A DNA stretch of 64,000 bases from Dendrobates tinctorius (taxonomy: Eukaryota): NCBI RefSeq assembly GCF_039654945.1, contig NW_027361697.1, positions 33,852,001-33,916,000 of the forward strand, given 5' to 3'. Both the position numbers and the translations under genes were made by a program. Below the pieces are notes generated by a model. That model worked only from the letters and a program-made list of their open reading frames with translations, did no database searches and was not told where the DNA came from. Every line of letters starts with the position of its first letter. Within the stretch, counting starts at the first letter, position 1. Positions 49,395 through 64,000 of the stretch are shown here, piece by piece.

Positions 49395-52300
49395 TCCCGC
49401 ACACTGCTGCCTCATACTTACCCACACACTGCTGCCACATACCTGCCCGCACACTGCTTCCCCACATACCTGCCCGCACACTGCTTCCCCACATACCTGC
49501 CCGCACACTGCTTCCCCACATACCTGCCAATTTATACATTCAGACACCATGTGCACAAGTTCGACACTGCTGCCCACACACTGCTGCCACATATCTGTCC
49601 CCACACTGCTGCCCACATACCTGCCCGCACACATATCTGCCTGCACACTGCTTCCCCACACTGCTGCCCACATACCTGCCTGCATACTGCTGCCCACATA
49701 CCTGCTCGCACACTGCTGCCCACATATCTGCCCATATACCTGCTTGCACACTGCTTCCCCACACCACTGCCCACATACCTGCCCGCACACTGCTGCCCAC
49801 ATACCTGCCTGCACACTGCTTCCCCACATACCTGCCCGCACACTGCTTCCCCACATACCTGCCAATTTATACATTCAGACACCATGTGCACGAGTTCGAC
49901 ACTGCTGCCCACACACTGCTGCCACATATCTGCCCCCACACTGCTGCCCACATACCTGCCCGCACACTGCTTCCCCACACTGCTGCCCACATACCTGCCC
50001 GCACACTGCTGCCCACATATCTGCCCACATACCTGCTTGCACACTGCTTCCCCACACCACTGCCCACATACCTGCCTGCACACTGCTGCCCACATACCTG
50101 CCCGCACACTGCTTCCCCACACTACTGCCCACATACCTGCCTACACACTGCTGCCCACATACCTGCCTGCACACTCCTTCCCACTTACCTGCTCGCACAC
50201 TGCTGCCCACATATCTGCCCGCACACTGCTTCCCCACACTGCTGCCCACATACCTGCCTGCACACTGCTTCCCCACACTACTGCCCACATACCTGCCTGC
50301 ACAGTTTCCCCACACCACTGCCCACATACCTGCCCGCACACTGCTGCCCACATACCTGCCCGCACACTGCTGCCCACATACCTGCCTGCACATTGCTGCC
50401 CACATACCTGCCTGCACACTGCTTCCCCACCCCACTTCCCACATTGCTGCCTGCACACTGCTGCCCACATATCTGCCCGCACACTGCCTCCCCACACCAC
50501 TGCCGACATACCTGCCTGCACACTGCTTCCCCACACTGCTGCCCACATACCTGCCTGCACACTGCTGCCCACATACCTGCCTGCACACTGCTGCCCACAT
50601 ACCTGCCCGCACACTGCTGCCCATATATCTGCCCGCACACTGCCTCCCCACACCACTGCCGACATACCTGCCTGCACACTGCTTCCCCACACCACTGCCC
50701 ACATACCTGCCTGCACACTGCTGCCCACATACCTGCCTGCACACTGCTGCCCGCACACTGCTGCCCACATATCTGCCCGCACACTGCCTGCCCGCACACT
50801 GCTGCCCACACCACTGCCCACATACCTGCCTGCACACTGCTGCCCACATACCTGCCTGCACACTGCTGCCCACATACCTGCCTGCACACTGCTGCCCACA
50901 TATCTGCCTGCACACTGCTGCCCACATATCTGCCCGCACACTGCCTGCCCGCACACTGCTGCCCACACCACTGCCCACATACCTGCCTGCACACTGCTGC
51001 CCACATACCTGCTCGCACACTGCTGCCCACATATCTGCCCACATACCTGCTTGCACACTGCTTCCCCACACCACTGCCCACATACCTGCCTGCACACTGC
51101 TGCCCACATACCTGCCTGCACACTGCTTCCCCACATACCTGCCCGCACACTGCTTCCCCACATACCTGCCAATTTATACATTCAGACACCATGTGCACGA
51201 GTTCGACACTGCTGCCCACACACTGCTGCCACATATCTGCCCCCACACTGCTGCCCACATACCTGCCCGCACACTGCTGCCCACATATCTGCCCACATAC
51301 CTGCTTGCACACTGCTTCCCCACACCACTGCCCACATACCTGCCTGCACACTGCTGCCCACATACCTGCCTGCACACTGCTGCCCACATACCTGCCCGCA
51401 CACTGCTTCCCCACACTACTGCCCACATACCTGCCTACACACTGTTGCCCCACACTGCTGCCCACATACCTGCCTGCACACTCCTTCCCACTTACCTGCT
51501 CGCACACTGCTGCCCACATATCTGCCCGCACACTGCTTCCCCACACTGCTGCCCACATACCTGCCTGCACACTGCTTCCCCACACTACTGCCCACATACC
51601 TGCCTGCACAGTTTCCCCACACCACTGCCCACATACCTGCCCGCACACTGCTGCCCACATACCTGCCCGCACACTGCTTCCCCACCCCACTGCCCACATT
51701 GCTGCCTGCACACTGCTGCCCACATATCTGCCTGCACACTGCTGCCCACATACCTGCCTGCACACTGCTGCCCACATACCTGCCTGCACACTCCTTCCCA
51801 CTTACCTGCTCGCACACTGCTGCCCACATATCTGCCCGCACACTGCTTCCCCACACTGCTGCCCACATACCTGCCTGCACACTGCTTCCCCACACTACTG
51901 CCCACATACCTGCCTGCACAGTTTCCCCACACCACTGCCCACATACCTGCCCGCACACTGCTGCCCACATACCTGCCCGCACACTGCTGCCCACATACCT
52001 GCCCGCACACTGCTGCCCACATACCTGCCTGCACACTGCTGCCCACATACCTGCCTGCACACTGCTTCCCCACACTGCTGCCCACATACCTGCCTGCACA
52101 CTGCTGCCCACATACCTGCCTGCACACTGCTGCCCACATACCTGCCCGCACACTGCTGCCCATATATCTGCCCGCACACTGCCTCCCCACACCACTGCCG
52201 ACATACCTGCCTGCACACTGCTTCCCCACACCACTGCCCACATACCTGCCTGCACACTGCTGCCCACATACCTGCCTGCACACTGCTGCCCGCACACTGC

Positions 52301-55300
52301 TGCCCACATATCTGCCCGCACACTGCCTGCCCGCACACTGCTGCCCACACCACTGCCCACATACCTGCCTGCACACTGCTGCCCACATACCTGCCTGCAC
52401 ACTGCTGCCCACATACCTGCCTGCACACTGCTGCCCACATACCTGCCTGCCCACATATCTGCCTGCACACTGCTGCCCACATATCTGCCCGCACACTGCC
52501 TGCCCGCACACTGCTGCCCACACCACTGCCCACATACCTGCCTGCACACTGCTTCCCACATACCTGCCTGCACACTGCTGCCCACATACCTGCCTGCACA
52601 CTGCTGCCCACATACCTGCTCGCACACTGCTGCCCACATATCTGCCCACATACCTGCTTGCACACTGCTTCCCCACACCACTTCCCACATACCTGCCTGC
52701 ACACTGCTGCCCACATACCTGCCTGCACACTGCTTCCCCACATACCTGCCCGCACACTGCTTCCCCACATACCTGCCAATTTATACATTCAGACACCATG
52801 TGCACGAGTTCGACACTGCTGCCCACACACTGCTGCCACATATCTGCCCCCACACTGCTGCCCACATACCTGCCCGCACACTGCTTCCCCACACTGCTGC
52901 CCACATACCTGCCCGCACACTGCTGCCCACATATCTGCCCACATACCTGCTTGCACACTGCTTCCCCACACCACTGCCCACATACCTGCCTGCACACTGC
53001 TGCCCACATACCTGCCCGCACACTGCTTCCCCACACTACTGCCCACATACCTGCCTACACACTGTTGCCCCACACTGCTGCCCACATACCTGCCTGCACA
53101 CTCCTTCCCACTTACCTGCTCGCACACTGCTGCCCACATATCTGCCCGCACACTGCTTCCCCACACTGCTGCCCACATACCTGCCTGCACACTGCTTCCC
53201 CACACTACTGCCCACATACCTGCCTGCACAGTTTCCCCACACCACTGCCCACATACCTGCCCGCACACTGCTGCCCACATACCTGCCCGCACACTGCTGC
53301 CCACATACCTGCCTGCACATTGCTGCCCACATACCTGCCTGCACACTGCTTCCCCACCCCACTGCCCACATTGCTGCCTGCACACTGCTGCCCACATATC
53401 TGCCTGCACACTGCTGCCCACATACCTGCCTGCACACTGCTGCCCACATACCTGCCCGCACACTGCTGCCCATATATCTGCCCGCACACTGCCTCCCCAC
53501 ACCACTGCCGACATACCTGCCTGCACACTGCTTCCCCACACCACTGCCCACATACCTGCCTGCACACTGCTGCCCACATACCTGCCCACATACCTGCCTG
53601 CACACTGCTTCCCCACACTGCTGCCCACATACCTGCCTGCACACTACTGCCCACATACCTGCCTGCACACTGCTTCCCCACACTACTGCCCACATACCTG
53701 CCTGCACACTACTGCCCACATACCTGCCTGCACACTGCTTCCCCACACCACTGCCCACATACCTGCCTGCACACCACTGCCCACATACCTGCATGCACAC
53801 TGCTTCCCCACACTACTGCCCACATACCTGCCTGCACAGTTTCCCCACACCACTGCCCACATACCTGCCCGCACACTGCTGCCCACATACCTGCCCGCAC
53901 ACTGCTGCCCACATACCTGCCTGCACATTGCTGCCCACATACCTGCCTGCACACTGCTTCCCCACCCCACTGCCCACATTGCTGCCTGCAGACTGCTGCC
54001 CACATATCTGCCTGCACACTGCCTCCCCACACCACTGCCGACATACCTGCCTGCACACTGCTTCCCCACACCACTGCCCACATACCTGCCTGCACACTGC
54101 TGCCCACATACCTGCCTGCACACTGCTGCCCACATACCTGCCCGCACACTGCTGCCCATATATCTGCCCGCACACTGCCTCCCCACACCACTGCCGACAT
54201 ACCTGCCTGCACACTGCTTCCCCACACCACTGCCCACATACCTGCCTGCACACTGCTGCCCACATATCTGCCTGCACACTGCTGCCCACATATCTGCCCG
54301 CACACTGCCTGCCTGCACACTGCTGCCCACACCACTGCCGACATACCTGCCTGCACACTGCTTCCCCACACCACTGCCCACATACCTGCCTGCACACTGC
54401 TGCCCACATACCTGCCTGCACACTGCTGCCCACATACCTGCCTGCACACTGCTGCCCACATACCTGCCTGCACACTGCTGCCCACATACCTGCCTGCACA
54501 CTGCTGCCCACATACCTGCCTGCACACTGCTGCCCACATACCTGCCTGCACACTGCTGCCCACATACCTGCCTGCACACTGCTGCCCACATACCTGCCTG
54601 CACACTGCTGCCCACATACCTGCCCGCACACTGCTGCCCACATACCTGCCCGCACACTGCTGCCCACATACCTGCCCGCACACTGCTGCCCACATACCTG
54701 CCCGCACACTGCTGCCCACATACCTGCCCGCACACTGCTGCCCACATATCTGCCCGCACACTGCCTCCCCACACCACTGCCCACATACCTGCCTGCACAC
54801 TGCTGCCCACATACCTGCCTGCACACTGCTGCCCACATACCTGCCTGCACACTGCTGCCCACATACCTGCCTGCACACTGCTGCCCACATACCTGCCTGC
54901 ACACTGCTGCCCACATACCTGCCCGCACACTGCTGCCCACATATCTGCCCGCACACTGCCTCCCCACACCACTGCCCACATACCTGCCTGCACACTGCTG
55001 CCCACATACCTGCCTGCACACTGCTGCCCACATACCTGCCTGCACACTGCTGCCCACATACCTGCCTGCACACTGCTGCCCACATACCTGCCCGCACACT
55101 GCTGCCCACATACCTGCCCGCACACTGCTGCCCACATATCTGCCCGCACACTGCTTCCCCACACCACTGCCCACATACCTGCCTGCACACTGCTGCCCAC
55201 ATACCTGCCTGCACACTGCTGCCCACATACCTGCCTGCACACTGCTGCCCACATACCTGCCTGCACACTGCTGCCCACATACCTGCCTGCCCACATACCT

Positions 55301-57000
55301 GCCTGCACACTGCTGCCCACATATCTGCCCACACACTGCTTCCCCACACCACTGCCCACATACCTGCCTGCACACTACTGCCCACATACCTGCCTGCACA
55401 CTGCTTCCCCACACTGCTGCCCACATGCCTGCACACTACTGCCCACATACCTGCCTGCACACTGCTTCCCCACACTGCTGCCCACATACCTGCCTGCACA
55501 CTACTGCCCACATACCTGCCTGCACATTGCTTCCCCACACCACTGCCCACATACCTGCCTGCACACTACTGCCCACATACCTGCCTGCACACTGCTTCCC
55601 CACACTGCTGCCCACATATCTGCCCGCACACTGCTTCCCCACACCACTGCCCACATACCTGCCTGCACACTACTGCCCACATACCTGCCTGCACACTGCT
55701 TCCCCACACCACTGCCCACATACCTGCCTGCACACTACTGCCCACATACCTGCCTGCACACTGCTTCCCCACACCACTGCCCACATACCTGCCTGCACAC
55801 CACTGACCACATACCTGCCTTCACACTGCTTCCCCACACTGCTGCCCACATACCTGCCCGCACACTGCCTCCCCACACCACTGCCCACATACCTGCCTGC
55901 ACACTGCTGCCCACATACCTGCCTGCACACTGCTGCCCACATACCTGCCTGCACACTGCTGCCCACATACCTGCCTGCACACTGCTGCCCACATACCTGC
56001 CTGCACACTGCTGCCCACATACCTGCCCGCACACTGCTGCCCACATACCTGCCCGCACACTGCTGCCCACATATCTGCCCGCACACTGCTTCCCCACACC
56101 ACTGCCCACATACCTGCCTGCACACCGCTGCCCACATACCTGCCTGCACACTGCTGCCCACATACCTGCCCGCACACTGCTGCCCACATATCTGCCCACA
56201 CACTGCTTCCCCACACCACTGCCCACATACCTGCCTGCACACTACTGCCCACATACCTGCCTGCACACTGCTTCCCCACACTGCTGCCCACATACCTGCC
56301 TGCACACTACTGCCCACATACCTGCCTGCACACTGCTTCCCCACACTGCTGCCCACATACCTGCCTGCACACTACTGCCCACATACCTGCCTGCACATTG
56401 CTTCCCCACACCACTGCCCACATACCTGCCTGCACACTACTGCCCACATGCCTGCAAACTGCTTCCCCACACTGCTGCCCACATATCTGCCCACACACTG
56501 CTTCCCCACACCATTGCCCACATACCTGCCTGCACACTACTGCCCACATACCTGCCTGCACACTGCTTCCCCACACCACTGCCCACATACCTGCCTGCAC
56601 ACTACTGCCCACATACCTGCCTGCACACTGCTTCCCCACACCACTGCCCACATACCTGCCTGCACACTACTGCCCACATACCTGCCTGCACACTGCTTCC
56701 CCACACTGCTGCCCACATACCTGCCTGCACACTGCTGCCCACATACCTGCCCACATACCTGCCTGCACACTGCTTCCCCACACTGCTGCCCACATACCTG
56801 CCTGCACACTACTGCCCACATACCTGCCTGCACACTGCTTCCCCACACCACTGCCCACATACCTGCCTGCACACTACTGCCCACATACCTGCCTGCACAC
56901 TGCTTCCCCACACCACTGCCCACATACCTGCCTGCACACCACTGCCCACATACCTGCCTGCACACTGCTTCCTCACACTGCTGCCCACATACCTGCCTGC
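49395..57000. repeat. 7.6-kb C-rich minisatellite (26-bp unit of 13-bp halves, with higher-order blocks) in ITPA intron 1
   Basis: Unit cacactgctgcccacatacctgcctg; marker aatttatacattcagacaccatgtgcac recurs at ~49529, 49864, 51171 and 52778. Confidence 0.97.
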
Positions 57001-57261
57001 AAAATCTAGAATATAAAGTTAGTTTCTCCAGAGAGGTCAGCCATTTTTAGCTGGAGTGCAGTCATGTACGCTGCAGAGTCATATGTCCCCCCCCCATATA
57101 ACAACATATAACACGGCAGTGGTCACTCGGGAAATGCTGCTATATGTAGGCCCTGGACTTACTTTGGGCTTTATCCAAAGCAGATTCTTTTTTTTTCTAT
57201 GTAATAAACCCAACAAGGTATTTTCCAGTTTACGACTTTGTCTTGGTTTCTGTTTCCGCAG

Positions 57262-57319
57262 GTTATTCAGATTCTCGGAGATAAATTTCCCTGTAAACTT
57301 GTAGCTAAGAAGATTGACT
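57262..57319 (+). CDS. ITPA: ITPA coding exon 2 (58 nt); the gene continues beyond the window
   Basis: tgtttccgcag|VIQILGDKFPCKLVAKKID(L)|gtaagt, in phase with exon 1. Confidence 0.95.
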
Positions 57320-59444
57320 GTAAGTGTTCTCCTAGAGATTCCTGTTATGCCACTCCATGTAATGCAAATCCCGGGAACCATCTTGCACCGTATCCGAGCC
57401 GATGCCTCCTGAGCTTCCATCAGCCACAGACTCAATGGGCATCTGCCAGACAAGCCAAGAAAAACTATTCAAAGTAACAGGAATGCTGTAGATTTCTGAT
57501 TCTGTGTATCGCAGCCCAGCCAAATTCATAAAGGGGCGCGATCATTAATGAATTTATGCAAATCTGATTCAAGGCGACTTTTCTTCATACCTGGCTACAT
57601 AAATGCCAGTGTTAATGAATCTGTCCCTATAAGCTACGCCATGTGATCACATAGGATCGGCATGAAGATAAGGCTTGTTATGTGGGACTTTAACAAGTTC
57701 CCGCACATAAGCGCTCCAGAGATGGCCGGGATACAGGAGTTACACTCGTGAGAGCTGACTGTGATAGGCAGCTAAGTTTCCTCTTTATCTACTGGGACTG
57801 AAGCTAGGTCTAAACTCTGCAATTACAGGAGTTGTCCGGTCTACAGCTACATGGAGTGACTGCAGACTTGTGAATACTGCACGTTGTGAGGATTCTCCAG
57901 TGCCGCAAGCATGTATGTGATTTGCAAACATGCGGTCACATACCGACTAGATGTGCACGCCCTCACTCAATGCAAGTGAATTGAGCAAAGCCAGACACAG
58001 TCTAGTCTGAATGTGGCTGGGAGTATGCAGATCACATAATTGTGGTCACATGACTGGCCGGTACTGGAAGAATCCTCCGTGCGCTCACTGTTTGCAGCCT
58101 AAAGCCGAACAACCCTTCAAACTTCTTAGATGCTGCAGTTAAAGGGAACTTGTCGCCTGTCTCATACTGCCCAATCGGCAGGCAGCATGTATCGTAGCCG
58201 AGCTGCACGATTGCCACCAGGTATGTTTTCCTCTGAAATGCTTTGTCCAAGGACCATAGTCAGAGACTAGACTAGTCCAACACTCCTGGCTTTCCCTGAG
58301 CCTCTCTAGGTGTTTGCTATGAGAGAAACCTGTCAATCACTGGGAGAAGCCGGCCAGGGGCAGTAACGGTGTCCGGCTATGGTCCTTGGCCGGATCTTTA
58401 AAGTACATATTCTCTGAAACGTCGGATCATTTCAAAAGAAAACCTACCTGGCTGCAATTGTCCATCCAGTCTCTGATTCCTACTACCTATTTTTTGAGCA
58501 ACATGAATCTGATGATGGGTTTCCATGTAATAGCGCTCCCTCTGGCAGACCTCCGCCGTGCCATTGCTGGATGTTGATAGCATGCTATGGCACCTGGCCA
58601 TATACCAAAAAAAACATGCCAGAATTCCTGCATTTGCTTCATTTATCCTACCAAAAAAAATGAGATAAAAAATGATTAAAAATTCATATGTACCCAAAAA
58701 TGGCACTAGTGAAAAATACAGCTTGTGGCACAAAAAGTAAGTCCTCATATAGCTCAGTTGGTCAAAAAAATGTAAAACTTGCGCCTCTCTGGAAATGCAA
58801 AAACAGTCTTGTGGTTTTTGTTTTTGTTTTTTTAAACCATGCATTATTTTACAAAATAATACAACTAGATCAATTTGGTGTCTTCAGAATTATACTTAAC
58901 GGGTTAAGCAACTCCAACAATGACACTTCAATATAATACAGTTTAAAACAAATGAATTTTATTATTACAATAAATATAAAAGAAACCACACAGGATTATA
59001 AAAGCTTAATTAAAAAAACTAATGGGGAAAAAAACAAAATACAGGAGAAAGGGGTGGCATAACATAGTATACTGTATATGTAAAGCAAAACAAAGGAGGG
59101 TACAGAGTTTCATGATATAAAACTATATGTGCACTTGCACTTTATATGTATTATATCAATAAGTAGATATGCAAACAAATGCTAGCTAGATACAATACTT
59201 CTGCTCATTCCATGGAGAGAACTACCACATCATATACAATAAACAGTGTAAAATTAGTAGTAAATAAATTATATATGCATAATAACAGTGAAAAGTAAAA
59301 AGATATGGTACCAGGGATACACCATGGGCAGAGCAGAAAAAACTCACATGAGGTAGCATGAAGGGAACCCACAGTATATAGACAATAGTAATAATTACCT
59401 AGTGAGAGCCACAAGCTGTGGTGGGCCCCTGGCTTGTGGCTCTC

Positions 59445-60877
59445 TGTGACGACTCCTGGAGTGGACCCTCTGGGTCGTGGCACCAACCCACCCAAGGCGA
59501 GCTGACCTAGTGAGGACCACCCCCTATACAGGGAGTGTCAGGGGCAAGCCCCAGGGGGTAAGGTACCACGACTGCCGGCACCAGGCGGCCGGCTCACAGG
59601 AGACACGTGTAATGGAGAACACATGGCGTGTATACGGGAGTGCGTATGGTGCGCACTGACTAGCAAGCCCAGGTGCGAGCAAAGCAGGATGCGTGCAAAG
59701 GAGCACGCCAGAATACAGAGCTAGACAGCAGGTGTGCCAGGAGGCACAACAGAGGACTGGAACGGAGTACAGGATAGAGCGAGTGCCAGGAGGCACCCCA
59801 GAGTACCAGGCAGAGTGCAGGATCAGAGCGTGTGCCAGGAGGCACAACGGAGTACAAGGCAGAGTGCAGGATCAAAGCGTGTGCCAGGAGGCACAACAGA
59901 GTACAAGGCAGAGTGCAGGACCAAAGTGTGTGCCAGGAGGCACGGCAGAGTACAAGGCAGAGTGCAGGTTCAGAGTGTGTGCCAGGAGGCACAGCAGAGT
60001 ACAAGGCAGAGTGCAGGACCAGAGCATGTGCCAGGAGGCACAGCAGAGTACAAGGCAGAGTGCAGGACCAGAGCATGTGCCAGGAGGCACAGCAGAGTAT
60101 AAGGCAGAGTGCAGGTTCAGAGCGTGTGCCAGGAGGCACAGCAGAGTATAAGGCAGAGTGCAGGTTCAGAGCGTGTGCCAGGAGGCACAGCAGAGTATAA
60201 GGCAGAGTGCAGGTTCAGAGCGTGTGCCAGGAGGCACAGCAGAGTATAAGGCAGAGTGCAGGTTCAGAGCGTGTGCCAGGAGGCACAGCAGAGTATAAGG
60301 CAGAGTGCAGGTTCAGAGCGTGTGCCAGGAGGCACAGCAGAGTATAAGGCAGAGTGCAGGTTCAGAGCGTGTGCCAGGAGGCACAGCAGAGTATAAGGCA
60401 GAGTGCAGGTTCAGAGCGTGTGCCAGGAGGCACAGCAGAGTATAAGGCAGAGTGCAGGTTCAGAGCGTGTGCCAGGAGGCACAGCAGAGTATAAGGCAGA
60501 GTGCAGGTTTAGAGCGTGAGCCAGGAGGCACAGCAGAGTACAAGACAGAGGACCCGAATACAGCGCACAGCCAGGCAGGAACACGGCAGACCAAGCCAGG
60601 AAGTACAACAATAATCAGGCACCTCCCATAGGAAGAGGTAGCCTGATATAGCACCTGAGTCCTAAAACTTCCGGGTCAAGTCCTCCAGTATCATAGATCG
60701 GACAAGACCAAAGACAGAACTGAGCAGAGCGCGCGTGCGCATTGGAACATAGCGCAACCACGGAGCTAGGAGCGAGAGGTGCGCATGCGCACCCGACGGG
60801 ACCCTCGGAGCGGCCGCAGCACCGGAAGTGGTGACGACGAACCCAGGGTCTCGCCCCCAGGTGGGAGCGGCGTGACA
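59445..60877 (-). repeat. 3' LTR (~1.43 kb) containing a 49-bp tandem array (~59700-60545, about 17 copies)
   Basis: TGTCACG...CGTCACA termini on minus; unit cagagcgtgtgccaggaggcacagcagagtataaggcagagtgcaggtt. Confidence 0.8.
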
Positions 60878-63800
60878 GTACCCCCCCCCTTTACGCCCCC
60901 TCTTTCTAAGGCTGGAAAGAAACTTAGACAAAATCATAGGAACATGGATATTCTCTCTGTGTTCCCATGACCTTTCTTCAGGACCAAAACCCTTGCAATC
61001 AATTAAGAAAAGAGTTTTCCCTCTTACCTTCTTCATGGCCAGAATGTCGTTTACCTCAAACTCGTCCCCCCTGCCAACAGGCTGGGGAGTGTGGTCAGTA
61101 GAAGGATGGAACCGGTTCAGTACCACAGGTTTGAGGAGTGACACATGGAAGGAAATGGGAATACGGAGCGAAGGGGGTAATTTCAGTTTGTACGAAACAT
61201 CATTAATGCGCCTGATAACCTCAAAAGGACCAATGTAACGGGGACCCAGTTTGTAAGATGGTACGTTAAGGCAAATGTATCTGGAGGAAAGCCACACCTT
61301 GTCAACAGGAAGATATGGGGGAACGTCCAGGCGCCTCTTGTCATGTTGTTTCGTCCTGTCACAGGCTTTCTCGAGAGCGGTTTTGGTCTCCGGCCATACC
61401 CTGGAGAACTCCACGGATAGAGAGTAGGCCGCAGGTACCCCCGAGACAGGAAGTACCGGAAGAGGCACAGTGGGATGCTGTCGGAAAGCGATGAACAAGG
61501 GAAACTTGGTGGACGATTCGCTGGAGTGGTTATTGTAGGCAAATTCGGCCCAAGGAAGTAGATCGACCCAGTCGTTTTGATGAGCATTAGTAAAGTGCCG
61601 GAGATAGGATGTAAGGATCTGGTTTGTGCGTTCCACCTGCCCATTGGTATGGGGGTGATAAGCAGAAGAGAAGTCCAGTGTCACCTTCATGAATCCACAA
61701 AGAGCACTCCAAAACTGGGACGTGAATTGAACCCCTTTGTCAGATACGATGTGCAGCGGGAAACCATGGATTCTGAAGATGTGGGAAATGAAGATCTTCG
61801 CCAATTCAGGAGCCGGGGGTAGGCCGGGAAGAGGAACGAAATGAGCCATTTTCGAGAATCTGTCTACAACCACCAGAATCACCGTGCAACGAGAGGAGCG
61901 AGGCAAATCGGTAATAAAATCCATGGCTATGTGCTGCCATGGAACCGAAGTTACAGGAAGCAGAAGACCGGAGGGTGGCTGTCTGGTTACTTTGTTCTGA
62001 GCGCAGGAAGGACAAGAAGCCACAAAGTCTTTGACATCCTGGGAAAGGGATGGCCACCAATAGTAACGGGAAATCAAGGAAAGAGTCTTCTTGACACCAA
62101 CGTGGCCGGCAATCTTGGACGAATGTCCCCAGTTCAACACTCGTCTCCGGTTGTTCTCAGCCACAAAGGTTCTTCCCGGAGGTAACGTGGTCAACCTGAT
62201 AGGAGCCACGGTAATCACCTTAGACGAGTCGATGATATGGGAAGGCTCTTCTTCAGCCTCAGTCGACTGGAAAGACCTAGACAACGCATCAGCTTTAACG
62301 TTTTTATCGCCGGGCCGAAAATGAAGTTCAAAGTCAAAGCGGGCGAAGAACAGGGACCACCTAACTTGCCAGGGGTTGAGTCTCTGAGCGGACTGGATGT
62401 ACGCCAGGTTCTTATGGTCCGTATAGATGTTGAACGGATGTATGGCGCCTTCCAGTAAGTATCTCCATTCTTCCAGAGCCAATTTAATGGCCAACAGCTC
62501 TTTGTCGCCGATGGAGTAGTTTCGCTCAGACAGGGAAAAAATTTTAGAAAAGAAGCCACAGGTGACTAGGTGTCCGGAAGATGGCCTCTGCAGAAGGACT
62601 GCGCCGACCCCGGCAGAAGATGCGTCCACCTTGAGGGTGAAAGGTCTATTAACCTCAGGACGATGAAGCACTGGAGCCGAGGCGAAGGCTCGTTTCAAGG
62701 CCTGGAAAGCTTCTTCTGCCTCTGGGGACCAAGCATTCAGGTTATCCCCTTTGCGGATTAGGGAAGAGATAGGGCGAACAAAAATGGGGGACGAACTGCC
62801 GATAGTAGTTCGCAAAGCCGAGGAAACGTTGGATTGACTTCACTCCATGGGGCCATGGCCAATCAAGAACGGCAGACACTTTCGCCGGATCCATTCATAG
62901 ACCGGAGTCTGAAATAATGTACCCCAGGAATGGCAAGGACATCTGTTCGAAGACACATTTTTCGAGCTTGGCGTAAAGGCGGTTCTCCCTTAAGTGCAAG
63001 AGGAATTGGCGCAGTTTTTTTCTGTGAGCAGACAGATCAGCGGAAAACACGAGAATATCGTCCAAGTAGACTACCACGCAGGAGTACAGCATATCTCGGA
63101 AGACGTCATTCACAAACTCTTGGAATACCGCTGGGGCGTTGCAAAGGCCGAATGGAATGACCAAGTACTCATAGTGACCGTCTCGGGTGTTAAAGGCGGT
63201 CTTCCACTCGTCACCGGAGCGAATGCAGACTAAGTTGTAGGACCCACGAAGATCCAACTTGGTAAAAATTTGTGCTCTGCTTAGTCGGTCGAAGAGCTCC
63301 GGGATCAGTGGTAGTGGGTACTTATTCTTGACTGTGATTATCGTTCAGCCCTCGATAGTGTATGCAGGGAAGGAGGCAGCCGTCCTTCTTTTTAACAAAA
63401 AAGAATCCCGCTCCTGCGGGTGAAGAGGACTTGCGGATGAAACCCCTGGCAAGATTCTCTTGGATATAATCTGACATAGCTTGGGATTCAGCAGGCGAAA
63501 GCGAGTAAATTCTGCCCCTGGGTGAGGTAGCGCCAGGAACGAGGTCAATCAGGCAGTTGTATGGACTATGAGGAGGCAGAGTCTCAGCCTCCTTTTTGTC
63601 AAAGACATCCGTGAAAGACCAATAAGTCGACGGCAGACCTGCATGTGCCGAGGACGGACTGGTAAAGTTCATGGGATGGACGGACGACAAGCACCTCTCC
63701 TGACAAGATGGCCCCCAGCGGAGTATGTCACCCAACCGCCAGTCCAGGGTTGGCTCATGAGTCCGTAACCAAGGGAGACCAAGAAGCAGTCCGTGGGACA

Positions 63801-64000
63801 TAGTCGACAAGACATGAAAGGAAATCTCTCGGTGCAGAGCTCCAATCTGCATCTCAATCTCCTCAGTGATGTGGGTAACGGTCTCCTGCAAGAGTTTACC
63901 ATTGACCAAAGCAATTACCCGAGGAGTCTCCAGGGATCTGACAGGAATCCGGTATTTTTTAACCTCCTAATAAAGTTCCCTGCCGCTCCTGAGTCTAAGA
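59445..64000 (-). mobile_element. Ty3/Gypsy chromovirus-type LTR retrotransposon (pol and 3' LTR, frameshifted) in ITPA intron 2
   Basis: Protease LDSGAAGNF, RT ([16 protein letters not shown]), RNaseH (VDAS, KELLAI, YTDH), integrase (H-H-C-C, MDFI, SDKG, NGQVE, GPF), chromodomain (FEVNDIL...GFGPEERSWE); polypurine tract before TG at 60877. Confidence 0.95.

Noticed and set aside
49253-57050. 2100-2600 aa ORFs as a real His/Cys-rich protein gene
   Set aside because: Open in all three frames, unit length 26 is not a multiple of 3, and it lies inside ITPA intron 1; explained by a repeat lacking stop triplets.
58900-59444. AT-rich segment as another Penelope pseudo-LTR tail
   Set aside because: Composition is suggestive, but no hammerhead, TSD or inverted copy is visible; the Gypsy insertion hides any continuation.
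20369-60545. Tandem arrays as CRISPR arrays
   Set aside because: No unique spacers, no cas genes, and a vertebrate context.

Overview
Vertebrate genomic DNA, very rich in transposons; the repeat repertoire suggests an anuran amphibian (inference). It holds the complete 8-exon METTL13 gene (minus strand, CDS 42735->26547, 694 aa) head-to-head with the first two coding exons of ITPA (plus strand, 46497-46559 and 57262-57319). The rest is mobile DNA and tandem repeat: a Tc1 element with five nested insertions (one a fold-back Tc1 built from two 5' halves), a DIRS retrotransposon nested in another DIRS, an L2 LINE, a chromodomain Gypsy element, many MITEs and several minisatellites (10, 26, 27, 49, 78 and 115/125 bp units) that explain the giant ORFs. 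The most notable signal is four short non-coding Penelope-like insertions carrying minimal hammerhead-ribozyme motifs. Three are palindromic and two have 14-15 bp target-site duplications. Their cores show three different Watson-Crick pairs at positions 3-8 (C-G, A-U, U-A), and two of them lie in METTL13 introns. All coordinates were read by eye; MITE and degenerate-element ends may be off by a few bases.
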